A DNA stretch of 64,000 nt from Deltaproteobacteria bacterium (GTDB lineage: Bacteria; Myxococcota; Kuafuiibacteriia; Kuafuiibacteriales; Kuafuiibacteriaceae), in NCBI GenBank assembly GCA_040218735.1, contig JAVJQW010000003.1:85148-149147 (forward strand), read 5' to 3'. The notes beneath the pieces were generated by a model. The model saw nothing but the letters and a program-made list of their open reading frames with translations, had not been told where the DNA came from and did not search any database. This document shows, piece after piece, positions 1-9,378 of this stretch (position 1 is the first letter of the stretch; every line of letters starts with the position of its first letter). The translations under genes and the position numbers were made by a program.

Positions 1-593
1 AATCCATTGAGTGGATAGTCGGTGTTGCGCCCGATGATCATGTCGCCGCCCGACGTCGCATCCCCCCACGCCGCAAACGACGTGCATTGCGACGGCGCAG
101 CCCCCACTGCGAGCCGCGAGAAGCGACCGAGGAGCACCTGCGCCGTCTCGGGTGCGAGCGCGGCGTCCACGATCGTCTGCACGTCGATCCCCGTGGCGTC
201 CGCCAGCCCGTGGGCCTCCGCGAGCGCTTCCTGATCCGGGCGCAGCCGCCGCGCGTGCCGAACGCCGGTGCGCAGGATCCGTCGCGCGATGCGCTTCATC
301 GCGTACCACTTCACGGCCGCCCCGAGCGGGCCGTTGCCGACGCTCACCTCGATGGCGTCGGTGGCGATCCGGCTCGCGCGCTCGAGTGATCCGTCGGCGA
401 TCTCCTCCGCGAGGAGGCGCCCGTGCTGATACGCCATCGCGTAGCGATCGCCGGTGAGGTGGAGGATCCACAGGCCGTGGTGATGCTTCGCCCACGCGGG
501 ACCGAAGCGCCGCGTGCCGTCGGCGTCGACGGTGCGCTCCGTGTCGGTGAACGCGGGGGCGGGGGCGCGGCGGGCGAAGAGGAACGGGAGCAT
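1..593 (-). CDS. C45-family (AAT/Ntn-hydrolase) peptidase, runs off the left window edge
   Basis: Not in the ORF track. Manual translation from ATG at 593 gives MLPFLFARR...LHLTGDRYAMAYQHGRLL...SQ/CTSFAAWGDATSGGDMIIGRNTDYPLNG, with the CTS autocleavage site and GRNxD motif. Confidence 0.8.
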   Translation of the reverse strand, partial: MLPFLFARRAPAPAFTDTERTVDADGTRRFGPAWAKHHHGLWILHLTGDRYAMAYQHGRLLAEEIADGSLERASRIATDAIEVSVGNGPLGAAVKWYAMKRIARRILRTGVRHARRLRPDQEALAEAHGLADATGIDVQTIVDAALAPETAQVLLGRFSRLAVGAAPSQCTSFAAWGDATSGGDMIIGRNTDYPLNG

Positions 594-708
594 CGCGTTC
601 GAGCGAAGCGGCCCGGGGCACGCGCGGTCAAAGGGTGGACGTCCGCGACCCGACGGACTCGGGGTTCAAAGGCCGCACGGGGACCGAGACCCGAACGCCA
701 CGCCGGCA

Positions 709-877
709 CGAGGTCGCCGGAGGCGCCGCCGAGCGACGACGACCCGACGCGTCGGGACGAGGTCGCCGAAGGCGCCGCCGAGCGACGACGACCCGACGCG
801 TCGCTGCGAGGTCACCGGAGGCGCCGCCGAGCGACGACGGCCCGACGCGTCGCTGCGAGGTCAGCGGAGGCTCCGCC
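709..877. repeat. Intergenic tandem repeat, 49-bp unit, about 3.5 copies
   Basis: Unit CGAGGTCGCCGGAGGCGCCGCCGAGCGACGACGACCCGACGCGTCG(GGA/CTG) starts at 709, 758, 807 and 856. Confidence 0.9.
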
Positions 878-935
878 CGTGCGCCGACGTCGGCGCGAGG
901 CTCCGATTCGCTTCGAGGCGCGCGGGCGCCCGGCC

Positions 936-2924
936 TCAGAGCCGGAACGCGCGCACTACGATCACCGCCGCCTGCGCGCGCGTGAGCGCGTCGGCCGGGC
1001 AGTACCGCCCCGTCGCGCAGCCGCGCACGTCGTTGCGCGCCGCGAGGCGCTCGATCGCCTTGGATGCCCAGTGCGACAGCGGCACGTCGCTGAACGTCGG
1101 CGACGACGGCACGCGATCCGCCAACCCCAACGCCCGCCGCACGAACACCGCGCCGGCGGCGCGCGACACGCCGTCCTCGGGGCAGAAACGTCCGCTCGCG
1201 CACCCCTGCATGACCCCTCGCGAGGCGACCTCTTCGACCTCCGCGAAGCCCCAGTGCCCACGCCCCACATCGTTGAACGACGCGGACGACGGCGCGCTGA
1301 AGCTCATCCCGTCCACGCGAGCGATCGCGTACGCGAGCTCCGCCCGCGTGATGGGTTGGTTCGGGCAGAACTGTCCGGGCGCGCACCCCCACAGCGCGCC
1401 GAGCGCACGCAGCTTCTCGGCCGCGCCGTGCCCGAAGGTCCCGGCCGGGAGGTCGCTGTAGGAACCGGCCGGCGGCGCGGCGCACTGGTCGGGCGTACCC
1501 TGCGGCATCGACTGACAGCCGTTCGCGCAGCGGGTGCGGCTCCGTTCGTTGTTGTTCGCGCAGACCACGAGGTCGTTGCCGTCGCACCAGGTGCCGGCGT
1601 GGGTGTCGCAGAACGACGGCGCCGGCGCGCAACGGTCCGGGGTGCCCTGCGGCATCGACTGGCACCCGTGGGTGCAGCGCGTGCGGCTCACCGTCGCGCC
1701 CGCGTTGCAGACGACGCGGTCGTTGCCGTCGCACCACGTCCCGGTCTTGCCCGCGCAGAACGACGGCGGCGCGTGGCAACGATCGGGCGTTCCGCTCGGC
1801 ATCGATCGACACCCGTGCGCGCAGCGGTTCCGGCTGACCTGGGAGCCGTTGCGGCAGACGACGAGGTCGTTGCCATCGCACCACGTCCCGCCGTGCGTCG
1901 CGCAGAACCCACCGCCGCCGCCGGGGTTCGAGCCACGCGCTATCGCGATGAGGTCGGAGAGGCGAGCGTACAGCGCACCGCCCGGGCAGGCGGTGCTGCC
2001 GAGCTGTCGGTGCCCCTTCACGTACGTGCGGTTGAGCGTAATGCCGTACTCCCGCGAGAGCGACTTCAGGATGCGACCACCCGCCGCGAACATCGCGTTG
2101 CTCGGCGCGCGCGACGTGAACGTTCCGATGTAGCTCACGCCCGCGTTGTTCGTGTTGTGCCCACCGACGTGCGCACCGATGAGGCGCTCCGGTCGCCCCT
2201 GATAGACGCGGCCGTCCTGTCCGACGAGGAAGTGGTACCCCACGTCGCACCAGCCTCGAGAGTTCATGTGGAACGACTGGATCTGCCGGACGCGCGCGGC
2301 CTGCGACATGCTGTCGTTGTTCGGCGTGACGGTGTGGTGGACGGTGATGCGGTTGGGGCGGTGGCCACCGCTGCAGCGCGACGCGCGCGCGCCCCACGCT
2401 GAGCGCGACACCGCAACCCCGGTTGACGCGAGCCCGCTCGCGGACGTCCCGATCTCTTCGACTTCCTCGACCGGCTGCGGATCGAAGTGGAACGCTTCCA
2501 CCGCGAGGAACGACAGGTCGAGGACCTCGGAGGTCGAGAAGCGGAGCTGCACGTGGGTGCCGCCCTCGCGGACGTCGACGTGCGCGTTCTTCGCGCGCTC
2601 CTCTGAGAACGTGATCTCGGCGTCGAGCCACGCGCCGAACGTCTCCCCGCCGTCGTTCGAGACGCGCGCCTGGGCGAGCACGGCGCCGGTCGCGTCGAAA
2701 CGGAACGCAATGCGATCGAACTCGACGTCGAGCGGGATGGCGTCGGTGCGTTGCCAGCCGTCTTCGACGACGAGGCGGCTCGCGAGCTCTTCGTCCTGGG
2801 CGACGAACGCCACCTCCGGCTCGTCGATCGCCTCGGCCGGGTGCAGAAGGTCGGCGTCGGCGCAGGCCACGACGAGTGTCGAAAGCGCGGCGAGGTGGAA
2901 CGGACGGAGGCGTACGGCGGACAT
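936..2924 (-). CDS. Lipoprotein N-acetylmuramoyl-L-alanine amidase (PGRP/Amidase_2) with three Cys-rich repeats and C-terminal SLH domains
   Basis: Lipobox LVVAC; amidase motifs VHHT, WCDVGYHF, GAHVGGHN, GHRQ..STACPG; SLH-like FxDV...HW, F.P...ITRAE and LTRAQ. Confidence 0.85.
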   Translation of the reverse strand: MSAVRLRPFHLAALSTLVVACADADLLHPAEAIDEPEVAFVAQDEELASRLVVEDGWQRTDAIPLDVEFDRIAFRFDATGAVLAQARVSNDGGETFGAWLDAEITFSEERAKNAHVDVREGGTHVQLRFSTSEVLDLSFLAVEAFHFDPQPVEEVEEIGTSASGLASTGVAVSRSAWGARASRCSGGHRPNRITVHHTVTPNNDSMSQAARVRQIQSFHMNSRGWCDVGYHFLVGQDGRVYQGRPERLIGAHVGGHNTNNAGVSYIGTFTSRAPSNAMFAAGGRILKSLSREYGITLNRTYVKGHRQLGSTACPGGALYARLSDLIAIARGSNPGGGGGFCATHGGTWCDGNDLVVCRNGSQVSRNRCAHGCRSMPSGTPDRCHAPPSFCAGKTGTWCDGNDRVVCNAGATVSRTRCTHGCQSMPQGTPDRCAPAPSFCDTHAGTWCDGNDLVVCANNNERSRTRCANGCQSMPQGTPDQCAAPPAGSYSDLPAGTFGHGAAEKLRALGALWGCAPGQFCPNQPITRAELAYAIARVDGMSFSAPSSASFNDVGRGHWGFAEVEEVASRGVMQGCASGRFCPEDGVSRAAGAVFVRRALGLADRVPSSPTFSDVPLSHWASKAIERLAARNDVRGCATGRYCPADALTRAQAAVIVVRAFRL
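1482..1907 (-). repeat. Three intragenic 147-bp (49-aa) six-Cys repeats
   Basis: FCxxxxGTWCDGNDxVVCxxxxxxSRxRCxxGCxSMPxGTPDxC repeated three times at 147-bp period. Confidence 0.9.
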
Positions 2925-3069
2925 GGATCTCGAAATACGTCCGGACCCGCGGTACACGCAATCGCACAAGGCGAGTCATTTCACAGACTTGTGGCTATCG
3001 GGTTACAGGTGTGGATCGCGGGGTTACGGGTTGGGTGACGGACCTGCGCCACTTCGTACACTAAGAGAC

Positions 3070-3876
3070 GTGCGTTACCCGGTCGTCTTCACGTCATCGC
3101 TGCTCGTCGCCGGGTGCGTCGCGGGTACGGAGTCGCTCGAATGTACGACCGACTTCGAGTGCGGACCGAACCGGCTCTGCGTCGAGCGAACATGCTCGGA
3201 GCCTCAGGACGGCGGCGTTTCCGCACCGACCGACGCGGGGACGAACGTTCCCAACGACGCGGGCCCGAACGTCCCCGATGACGGCGGGACGATCACACCA
3301 CCCGACGCGAGCGTCCCGCCCTACGACGGCGGGACCCCGGGGCCCTTTCCGTTCCCGCAGCCACCGCCGCACCCGGAGTGCACGATGGAGGGCCCGGTGC
3401 CGTGTACGTGTGAGGACGGGGACGACGGAACACAGCAATGCCGAAGTGACGGGACCTTCGGCCGCTGCATCTGCGACGACGGCGAACGCTCGCGACTCGA
3501 ACGCTTGCGCGGCGGCATCGTGGGCCTCTGGGGAGGGACGCGCACGTCGGTCTGGGATCAGACGAAGCCGGTGTACGTGCTGTTCCTCGAAGACGGAACC
3601 TACGGCGCGCAGTGCAACGACGCTTGCACCGCGTTCTACTGGGGCACGGATGGCCCGCCGACGCCGGCGCGCTACTACTACCTCTACGACGTCACGGCCG
3701 ACGACACCGGGCGCGGCGACCTCGACCTCGTGTGGCGCAACGACGATCCGCGCGGGCAGCGCTACGCGTTGGAGCGCATCGAGCTGTCCGAGGACGAGGA
3801 GAGCCTGCGGTTCGAGTTCCGGCGGCCGGACAACAACAACCCGCTGCACTTCGACCTGCGCCGCGTCCCCCGCTGA
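3070..3876 (+). CDS. Cys-rich lipoprotein of unknown function
   Basis: GTG at 3070, lipobox LVAGC, CxxDxEC..C..C motif, DAG/DGG-rich linker. The upstream part of the listed ORF is antisense shadow of the amidase. Confidence 0.75.
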   Translation: MRYPVVFTSSLLVAGCVAGTESLECTTDFECGPNRLCVERTCSEPQDGGVSAPTDAGTNVPNDAGPNVPDDGGTITPPDASVPPYDGGTPGPFPFPQPPPHPECTMEGPVPCTCEDGDDGTQQCRSDGTFGRCICDDGERSRLERLRGGIVGLWGGTRTSVWDQTKPVYVLFLEDGTYGAQCNDACTAFYWGTDGPPTPARYYYLYDVTADDTGRGDLDLVWRNDDPRGQRYALERIELSEDEESLRFEFRRPDNNNPLHFDLRRVPR

Positions 3877-3944
3877 CCTGCACGCGGGCGCTGCGACCGC
3901 GATCACGCTTTGCATCGAGGGGCCGTCGCCGGGTCTGGATCCGC

Positions 3945-5123
3945 ATGCTCCCCCGCACGTTCGCCGTCCTCCCAGTGTTCGCTTTGGCGGCGTGCGGCGG
4001 GAGCGGTTGAAAGGGTGTGTCGAGCGGCTCGAAGCCGACGAAGCGGTCGACGCCCGACGCGGGCGTGACGACCGCGCACTCGGCGTCGCCGCTATCGGAG
4101 GACACGTTTGTCTTCGAGGTTCGGGTCGCCTCGGGTGCATCCGAGATCCATGCGTTCGACGTCGCGACATCGCAGCGCCGGAAGATCTTCACGGTGGCGG
4201 ACACGACGACCTGGGACCTGACCGACCTGGCGTTGTCGCCGTCGCGGGACACGATCGCGTTCAGCTCACACTTCGGCTACGACCCGATGCAGTTCCCGCT
4301 CGAGGACGGTCTGCCGACGCAGTCGATCTGGACGGTCGGCGTGGATGGCGCTTCACCTCGTCAGCTGATGGCGCCGCTCGCCGACGACCGCGGCGCGATC
4401 GAGTGCACGCACGACTCGACGTGTGAACCGTTGGGGATGAAGTGCTCCACGGTGTTGTCGCGCTGCCGTGACTTCGCGCGGACGCGGACGGTGTCGGAGC
4501 TCGTGTGGTCGCCGAACGGGGCGGAGGTCTGGTTCGTCTACGCCGACCACGACTGGCAGGGGACGCAGCTTCGCGGCGGCACGACGCTCGGCCGCGTCGC
4601 GGCGACGGGCGGCGCGCCGGAGCTGTTCGCGGCGAACGGCGGCTGCGCCCAGGTCACGGGTCCGGCGCCCCACCCCGTCGACGGATCGCTCGTCGCGGTG
4701 CAGAGCGTGTGCACGCGGGGTGGCGCGCGCATGGTGCGGTTCGACTCGATGCCGCCGCGTGAGGGGACGGAGCTGTTCAGCGAAGCCGACGTGGAGTTCT
4801 CGCTCGACCTCTCCGACGTCGAGTGGGCGCGCGACGGCAGCGGCTTCATCTTCGGCGCGTGGGGCGGCGCGTTTGCGTCCGACGCCATCGTCTACCTCGA
4901 AGCGGCCACGGGGACGCTGTATCTCGCATTCGAGGCCGGCGTGGGCCGGTGGATCGAGAGCCAGGACCTCGCGCCCGATTCGAAGCGCATGGTCGTATGC
5001 GTGGGCGAGACGGGCGCCGACGGCGAGGCGCGGCGGGACCTGTACCTCGTCGACCTCACGGCGACGACGCCAAGCGCGACGCGGCTGACGACGGACGGGA
5101 TCAGCTGCAACGCGAGCTGGTGA
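3945..5123 (+). pseudogene. TolB/WD40-like beta-propeller lipoprotein interrupted by an in-frame TGA (4008-4010)
   Basis: MLPRTFAVLPVFALAACGGSG*KGVSSGSK is in the same frame as the 4017-5123 ORF; PD40-like motifs LSPSRDTIAF, WSPNG, WARDG, LAPDSK. Confidence 0.6.
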
Positions 5124-5147
5124 GGTATCCCACAGGCTGCCTGGCCT

Positions 5148-5456
5148 CTAGGTCCCGCTCGCACAGCTCCACTTTGGATACGAGTCAGACTTGTGGCGGT
5201 TGTTCCTCCAGTGGAGCGGCTGGAGATTACTGAGATCGTCGCTACCCCCCGCCGACACTGGAACGATGTGGTCGACCTCCCATCCGAACTCCCCGGTCGT
5301 TCCGTAGCTCCCATACTTCATGGGGGCTCCACAGACATCCTGACGCCACACGTTCGCATCATATCCGGGTATCGGACGCCCCTTCGACCAGACGAGGTCC
5401 ACGGTGTGATGTGAGAACCCGAATCCGATCAACGTACTTCCAAAACTTCGAGTCAT
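5148..5456 (-). CDS. Small HNH endonuclease
   Basis: GWEVDHIVPVSAGGSDDLSNLQPLHWRNNRHK HNH signature; GGAGGA Shine-Dalgarno just upstream of ATG 5456. Confidence 0.85.
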   Translation of the reverse strand: MTRSFGSTLIGFGFSHHTVDLVWSKGRPIPGYDANVWRQDVCGAPMKYGSYGTTGEFGWEVDHIVPVSAGGSDDLSNLQPLHWRNNRHKSDSYPKWSCASGT

Positions 5457-5471
5457 AGATTCCTCCAACGC

Positions 5472-5511
5472 GCGGTGCGCGACTACCTCTATCTTAGAGG
5501 TCGCGTGCCGC
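5472..5511 (-). promoter_or_regulatory. Inverted repeat/hairpin directly upstream of the HNH ribosome-binding site
   Basis: GCGG-TG-CGCGA-CTA-CCTCTA-TCT-TAGAGG-TCGCG-TG-CCGC. Confidence 0.55.
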
Positions 5512-5534
5512 AGGACCAGCGTTTCGATTGTCGA

Positions 5535-5620
5535 TGATCGACCTGGGATCGCGTGATCGCCCTACGACCGTTGGTTCTGGTTTGCGATCGCCACGAGATC
5601 GCGCGATCGTTCCTCGATCG
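5535..5620. promoter_or_regulatory. Two 36-bp pseudo-palindromic boxes (putative WYL operators), 50-bp period
   Basis: GATC/GACC at 5536, 5547, 5555, 5566 and at 5586, 5597, 5605, 5616; spacing is 11-8-11 in both; cores GATCGCGTGATC and GATCGCGCGATC. Confidence 0.6.
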
Positions 5621-5621
5621 C

Positions 5622-6596
5622 ATGGCAACCAGGAATCAGGACGGGAAGCGATCGCTACGACTACTGGCCAAGCTAATGGGAGGGGCCAGGCTGGATCGCA
5701 ACTCAGCAGCCAAGGCACTGGGGACCGAGCCCCCTGCTGCGTATCAGCACCTGAAAGCGCTGGCTGCCACTGTTCCAGGAGTACGCTCTGTAAAGGGAGG
5801 AGGGACCACGACGTACTTCTTCGATTCCGGGCGACTCGTTGAGCCGCCAAGCCTTCCCGAGGTGATCGCAGCGTGTCTCGCAAGCAGCCTTTCCGGGCTG
5901 TTCCGCGATTCGCAGTACGAACATCGAATTCAGACGGTCTTCGACTTCATTGTTCGGTCGGCGCGAAGGCGACCGGGCTTCGCGAATATCCGGCGGAAGT
6001 TCTACTTTGTTGTCGGCGGAGGTGAGGTAGCGCTTGCTCAGAACGAGGGGCTTCTGGACGACGCAATCAACGCGCTGATCGCAAGCAAGTGGATTCGCAT
6101 TCGATATGTTCATTTCAACGGTGATGAGGAAACGGTCGACATTCAACCTCTAACGCTCGCGATCCATGACCACCAGTTGTACCTCGTTGGACAAAACTCC
6201 ACGGCAAGGCACCCATACAGATTCGCGAGAATCCGAGACCTTGAAGAACTTGAGACGCGATTCTCCTATCCGACGGCCTCAGAGTACGATCCGACAACGT
6301 TGTTCCGCTCGAGCTTTGGGGTGTTCGTTTCCGAGGACTTTCCGAGTCAACGTGTGGTGGTACGGCTCCATCCTAGATGGGAGACCTACGCACTCAATCA
6401 CCGATGGCATCCGTCCCAGGAGGTCAAGCGCGGCGACAATGGGATCACGGTAAGGCTGCAAGTCAGAGTGTGCCCCGAGGTCGAAGCATGGGTCCTAGGC
6501 TTCGGGAATGACGCGGTGGTCATTGAGCCCGAAGCGCTCCGGACGAAGATTGCCGGCCGCCTTAGGGCGGCCAGCGAAAGCTACGGTGGTGAGTGA
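5622..6596 (+). CDS. WYL-domain transcriptional regulator (wHTH-WYL-WCX)
   Basis: N-terminal HTH; WYL core IRIRY...IQPLTL...LYLVG...YRFARI; WCX part WHPSQ...EVEAWVLGFG..AVVIEPEALR. Confidence 0.9.
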   Translation: MATRNQDGKRSLRLLAKLMGGARLDRNSAAKALGTEPPAAYQHLKALAATVPGVRSVKGGGTTTYFFDSGRLVEPPSLPEVIAACLASSLSGLFRDSQYEHRIQTVFDFIVRSARRRPGFANIRRKFYFVVGGGEVALAQNEGLLDDAINALIASKWIRIRYVHFNGDEETVDIQPLTLAIHDHQLYLVGQNSTARHPYRFARIRDLEELETRFSYPTASEYDPTTLFRSSFGVFVSEDFPSQRVVVRLHPRWETYALNHRWHPSQEVKRGDNGITVRLQVRVCPEVEAWVLGFGNDAVVIEPEALRTKIAGRLRAASESYGGE

Positions 6597-6598
6597 TG

Positions 6599-6615
6599 TG
6601 TTGCGCTGAGCAACA
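6599..6615. terminator. Short hairpin between the convergent WYL and panB genes
   Basis: TGTTGC-GCTGA-GCAACA; no U-tract. Confidence 0.3.
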
Positions 6616-6620
6616 TTCGC

Positions 6621-7529
6621 CTAGACCGGCACGCCGTAGAGGCCGCCGACTTCGTCGTCGTCGTCGATCTCCTGGGGCGCGGGGCGCACCACCTCCACGG
6701 GCCGGAACAGCTGCTCCTTGGAGTGGAACGTGTGCCGCTCCTCCGGGAAGGTGCCCTCGACGACTTCGCGCTTGTACTCGCCGACCGCTTCGACGACGGC
6801 GTCGCCGAGCTTGGCGTAGCGCTTCACGAACTTCGGGACGAAGTCCTCGAACATGCCGAGGAGGTCGTAACAAACGAGCACCTGGCCGTCGCAGTCGACG
6901 CCGGCGCCGATGCCGATCGTCGGGATCGACAGCTGCGCCGTGACCACGCGCGACAGCTCCACCGGCACGCCTTCCAACACGATCGCGTACGCGCCCGCGG
7001 CTTCGAGCGCCTTCGCGTCGCGCAGGATGCGCTCGGCCGCCGCGGCGTCCTTGCCCTGCACCTTGAAGCCGCCCATCGCGTGCACCGACTGCGGCGTGAG
7101 GCCGAGGTGGCCCATGACCGGGATGCCCGCGCCGACGAGGCGCTCCACCAGCGGCGCGTACACCGCGCCGCCTTCGAGCTTCACCGAGTGCGCGCCGCCC
7201 TCCTTCATCAGGCGGCCGGCGCTCCTAAAGCCTTCGGTCGGGTCGGCCTGGTAGCTCATGAACGGCAGGTCCGCGACGACGTGCGCGCGGGACGCGCCGC
7301 GGACGACCGCGCGGGTGTGGTAGATGATGTCGTCGAGCGTGACCGCGAGGGTGTTCTGCGCGCCCTGGATCACCATCCCGAGCGAGTCGCCCACGAGGAT
7401 GACGTCGGCGCCGCCGCGGTCGACCAACCGCGCCATCGTCGCGTCGTACGCGGTGATCATGGTGATGCGCTCGCCGTCGGCCTTCATCTGCCGCAGCGTG
7501 GACGCAGTGACTTGTTTGATTCGCTTCAT
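6621..7529 (-). CDS. panB: 3-methyl-2-oxobutanoate hydroxymethyltransferase
   Basis: [40 protein letters not shown]. Confidence 0.97.
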   Translation of the reverse strand: MKRIKQVTASTLRQMKADGERITMITAYDATMARLVDRGGADVILVGDSLGMVIQGAQNTLAVTLDDIIYHTRAVVRGASRAHVVADLPFMSYQADPTEGFRSAGRLMKEGGAHSVKLEGGAVYAPLVERLVGAGIPVMGHLGLTPQSVHAMGGFKVQGKDAAAAERILRDAKALEAAGAYAIVLEGVPVELSRVVTAQLSIPTIGIGAGVDCDGQVLVCYDLLGMFEDFVPKFVKRYAKLGDAVVEAVGEYKREVVEGTFPEERHTFHSKEQLFRPVEVVRPAPQEIDDDDEVGGLYGVPV

Positions 7530-7606
7530 CGTTGACCTCTCGAGGTCGACGCTCCTCACGAGGAGAAGTCGCCGCCCCGCCTTCAGTCGGGGTGAACGAC
7601 GCGTTC

Positions 7607-8272
7607 TCAGCGACGCGTCGCGTAAGGATTATAGTGCTGAACGCCTTTTTTCATTCGACGAATGGCGGAGATGACATCTTCCAAATGATTCTCCTTTTCG
7701 ACGATGTCGATCTCCGAGGTGTTGATCACCAGCAGCGGCGTCCGGTCGTAGCGGAAGAAGTAGTCGTTGTACGCCGAGGACACCCGCTCCAGGTAATCCT
7801 GCGTGATCGGCCGCTCCCAATCGCGGTTCCGACTGCGGATTCGGTCGAGGAGCACCTGCGGCCGCGCCTGCAGGTACACCACCAGATCCGGCTTCGGGAC
7901 GCGGGGATCGAGCAGCCCGTAGATCCGGTCGTACAGCGCGAGCTCCGCCTCCTCGAGCGTCAGGTACGCGAAGATCCGGTCCTTCTGGAAGATGTAGTCG
8001 ACGACCGTGCTGCGCGTGAACAGGTCCGGCTGCTTCAGCGATAGCTGCTGCTGGTAACGCGACAGCAGGAAGAACATCTGCGTCTGGAACGCCGTACGGC
8101 GCGGATCCGAGTAGAACTGCCGCAGGAACGGGTTCGTCTCGACCTCCTCGAGCACCAGCTGCGCGGACAGGCGCTTCGCCAGGGATCGGGCGAGCGTCGT
8201 CTTCCCCACGCCCACGGGCCCCTCGATCGCGATCGTCCGCGGGGCCTCCTTTTCGTTCCTGCGCTTGGGCAT
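7607..8272 (-). CDS. Deoxynucleoside kinase (dNK/dGK family)
   Basis: [14 protein letters not shown]-loop, NPFL..FY, Q.FFL.SR, PDLVVYL; upstream of panB. Confidence 0.92.
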   Translation of the reverse strand: MPKRRNEKEAPRTIAIEGPVGVGKTTLARSLAKRLSAQLVLEEVETNPFLRQFYSDPRRTAFQTQMFFLLSRYQQQLSLKQPDLFTRSTVVDYIFQKDRIFAYLTLEEAELALYDRIYGLLDPRVPKPDLVVYLQARPQVLLDRIRSRNRDWERPITQDYLERVSSAYNDYFFRYDRTPLLVINTSEIDIVEKENHLEDVISAIRRMKKGVQHYNPYATRR

Positions 8273-8360
8273 TTCGCCGGCGCGACTGTACGGACCGATC
8301 CGCGCTCCGCGCAAGCGACGACGGTGGCCATACATCGAAACATATGGTCATATTTTGCCA

Positions 8361-8588
8361 GTGAATCCGGACCCCAACGTGACACGCGCCCTGCTCAAGC
8401 TCCTCGTCGCGGTGAAGGCCAACCCCAACGCCGACGTCGACGCCCTCATCGCCGCCGCCGCCCACGCCTCGGGGATCTCCGCGGAGGGGTTGCGCGCGTA
8501 TGCGATCGAGCACACGGGCTTGCTCGCCGGCGCGCCGCGGGAGGACGTTGTCTCCGTCGCCGCCGCCGCGCTGGCGAAGGGAAGGTAG
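8361..8588 (+). CDS. Small hypothetical helical protein
   Basis: GTG start, strong third-position GC bias, same strand as downstream genes. Confidence 0.5.
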   Translation: MNPDPNVTRALLKLLVAVKANPNADVDALIAAAAHASGISAEGLRAYAIEHTGLLAGAPREDVVSVAAAALAKGR

Positions 8589-8596
8589 GACCGAGT

Positions 8597-9367
8597 GTGA
8601 GCCGTTGCCATCACCGAACGCGGAGGGGAGGCGCCGCGCTGGTGTTGGTCGCCGCTCTGTACGCCTGCGAGGGATCGTCGGGCGTCGCAGAGCGTAGCAT
8701 CGCCGGCAACGTCGACCTCCTCACCGCCCGCACGCTCGTCGTGGATTCGGTGGTGGAAGTGATCGTGACCGGCAACCCCAGAGCAGACGACATCGCTTAC
8801 GCGCTGGACGCCGTTGTCACCGCTTCCACCGCGACCGTCGCCAATCGCCTCGCGGATCGCTTGGTCATCGGTGTGGATCGCCCCGAGGACGACGTCGTTC
8901 GCGTCCGCCTCGACCCGCTCGACAACGGCACCCTCAGCGGACAGCTGCGGCTCACCGTCCCGTCCGATCTCGATCTCGGCGTCCTGCAGCGCGCCGCGCA
9001 GGTCACCGTCGATTCGATGGACGCCGTCGTGCAGGTCGACTCGATCGGCGCGGTGCGGATCGTCGATCCCGGCGGCTACGTCTCGGTCGGCGTGCAGACC
9101 GGCGCGGTGGTCGTGGAGTCGACGCTCCCGGTCGGCGAGACGACGGAGGTCTCGGTGCGCAACGGCGACATCCAGCTGCTCGTCCCGCAGCAGATCAGCG
9201 CCGCGATCAGCGCGACCGCCGGTGGTGCGGGGAGCGTGCAGATCCAACATCCGAGTCTCCCGCGACCCCTCGCGAACCGGCCCTACGCCGCAACGGTCAA
9301 CGGCGGCCTCAACAGCGTGCGCCTGTCGACGATGAACGGCAGCGTGTTCATCCAGGTACAACAGTAA
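8597..9367 (+). CDS. Lipoprotein with DUF4097/adhesin-like beta-strand repeats
   Basis: Lipobox LYAC; repeated VxTGxV/VRNGDI/TMNGSV strands. Confidence 0.6.
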   Translation: MSRCHHRTRRGGAALVLVAALYACEGSSGVAERSIAGNVDLLTARTLVVDSVVEVIVTGNPRADDIAYALDAVVTASTATVANRLADRLVIGVDRPEDDVVRVRLDPLDNGTLSGQLRLTVPSDLDLGVLQRAAQVTVDSMDAVVQVDSIGAVRIVDPGGYVSVGVQTGAVVVESTLPVGETTEVSVRNGDIQLLVPQQISAAISATAGGAGSVQIQHPSLPRPLANRPYAATVNGGLNSVRLSTMNGSVFIQVQQ

Positions 9368-9378
9368 GGAGCTCGGTC

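Noticed and set aside
709-877. Possible CRISPR array
   Set aside because: Head-to-tail units with no unique spacers.
4008-4010. Selenocysteine codon
   Set aside because: It lies in a Gly/Ser linker with no redox motif, and the hairpin alone is weak evidence.
5124-6620. Insertion sequence or prophage remnant
   Set aside because: No transposase, integrase, terminal inverted repeats or target duplication were visible.
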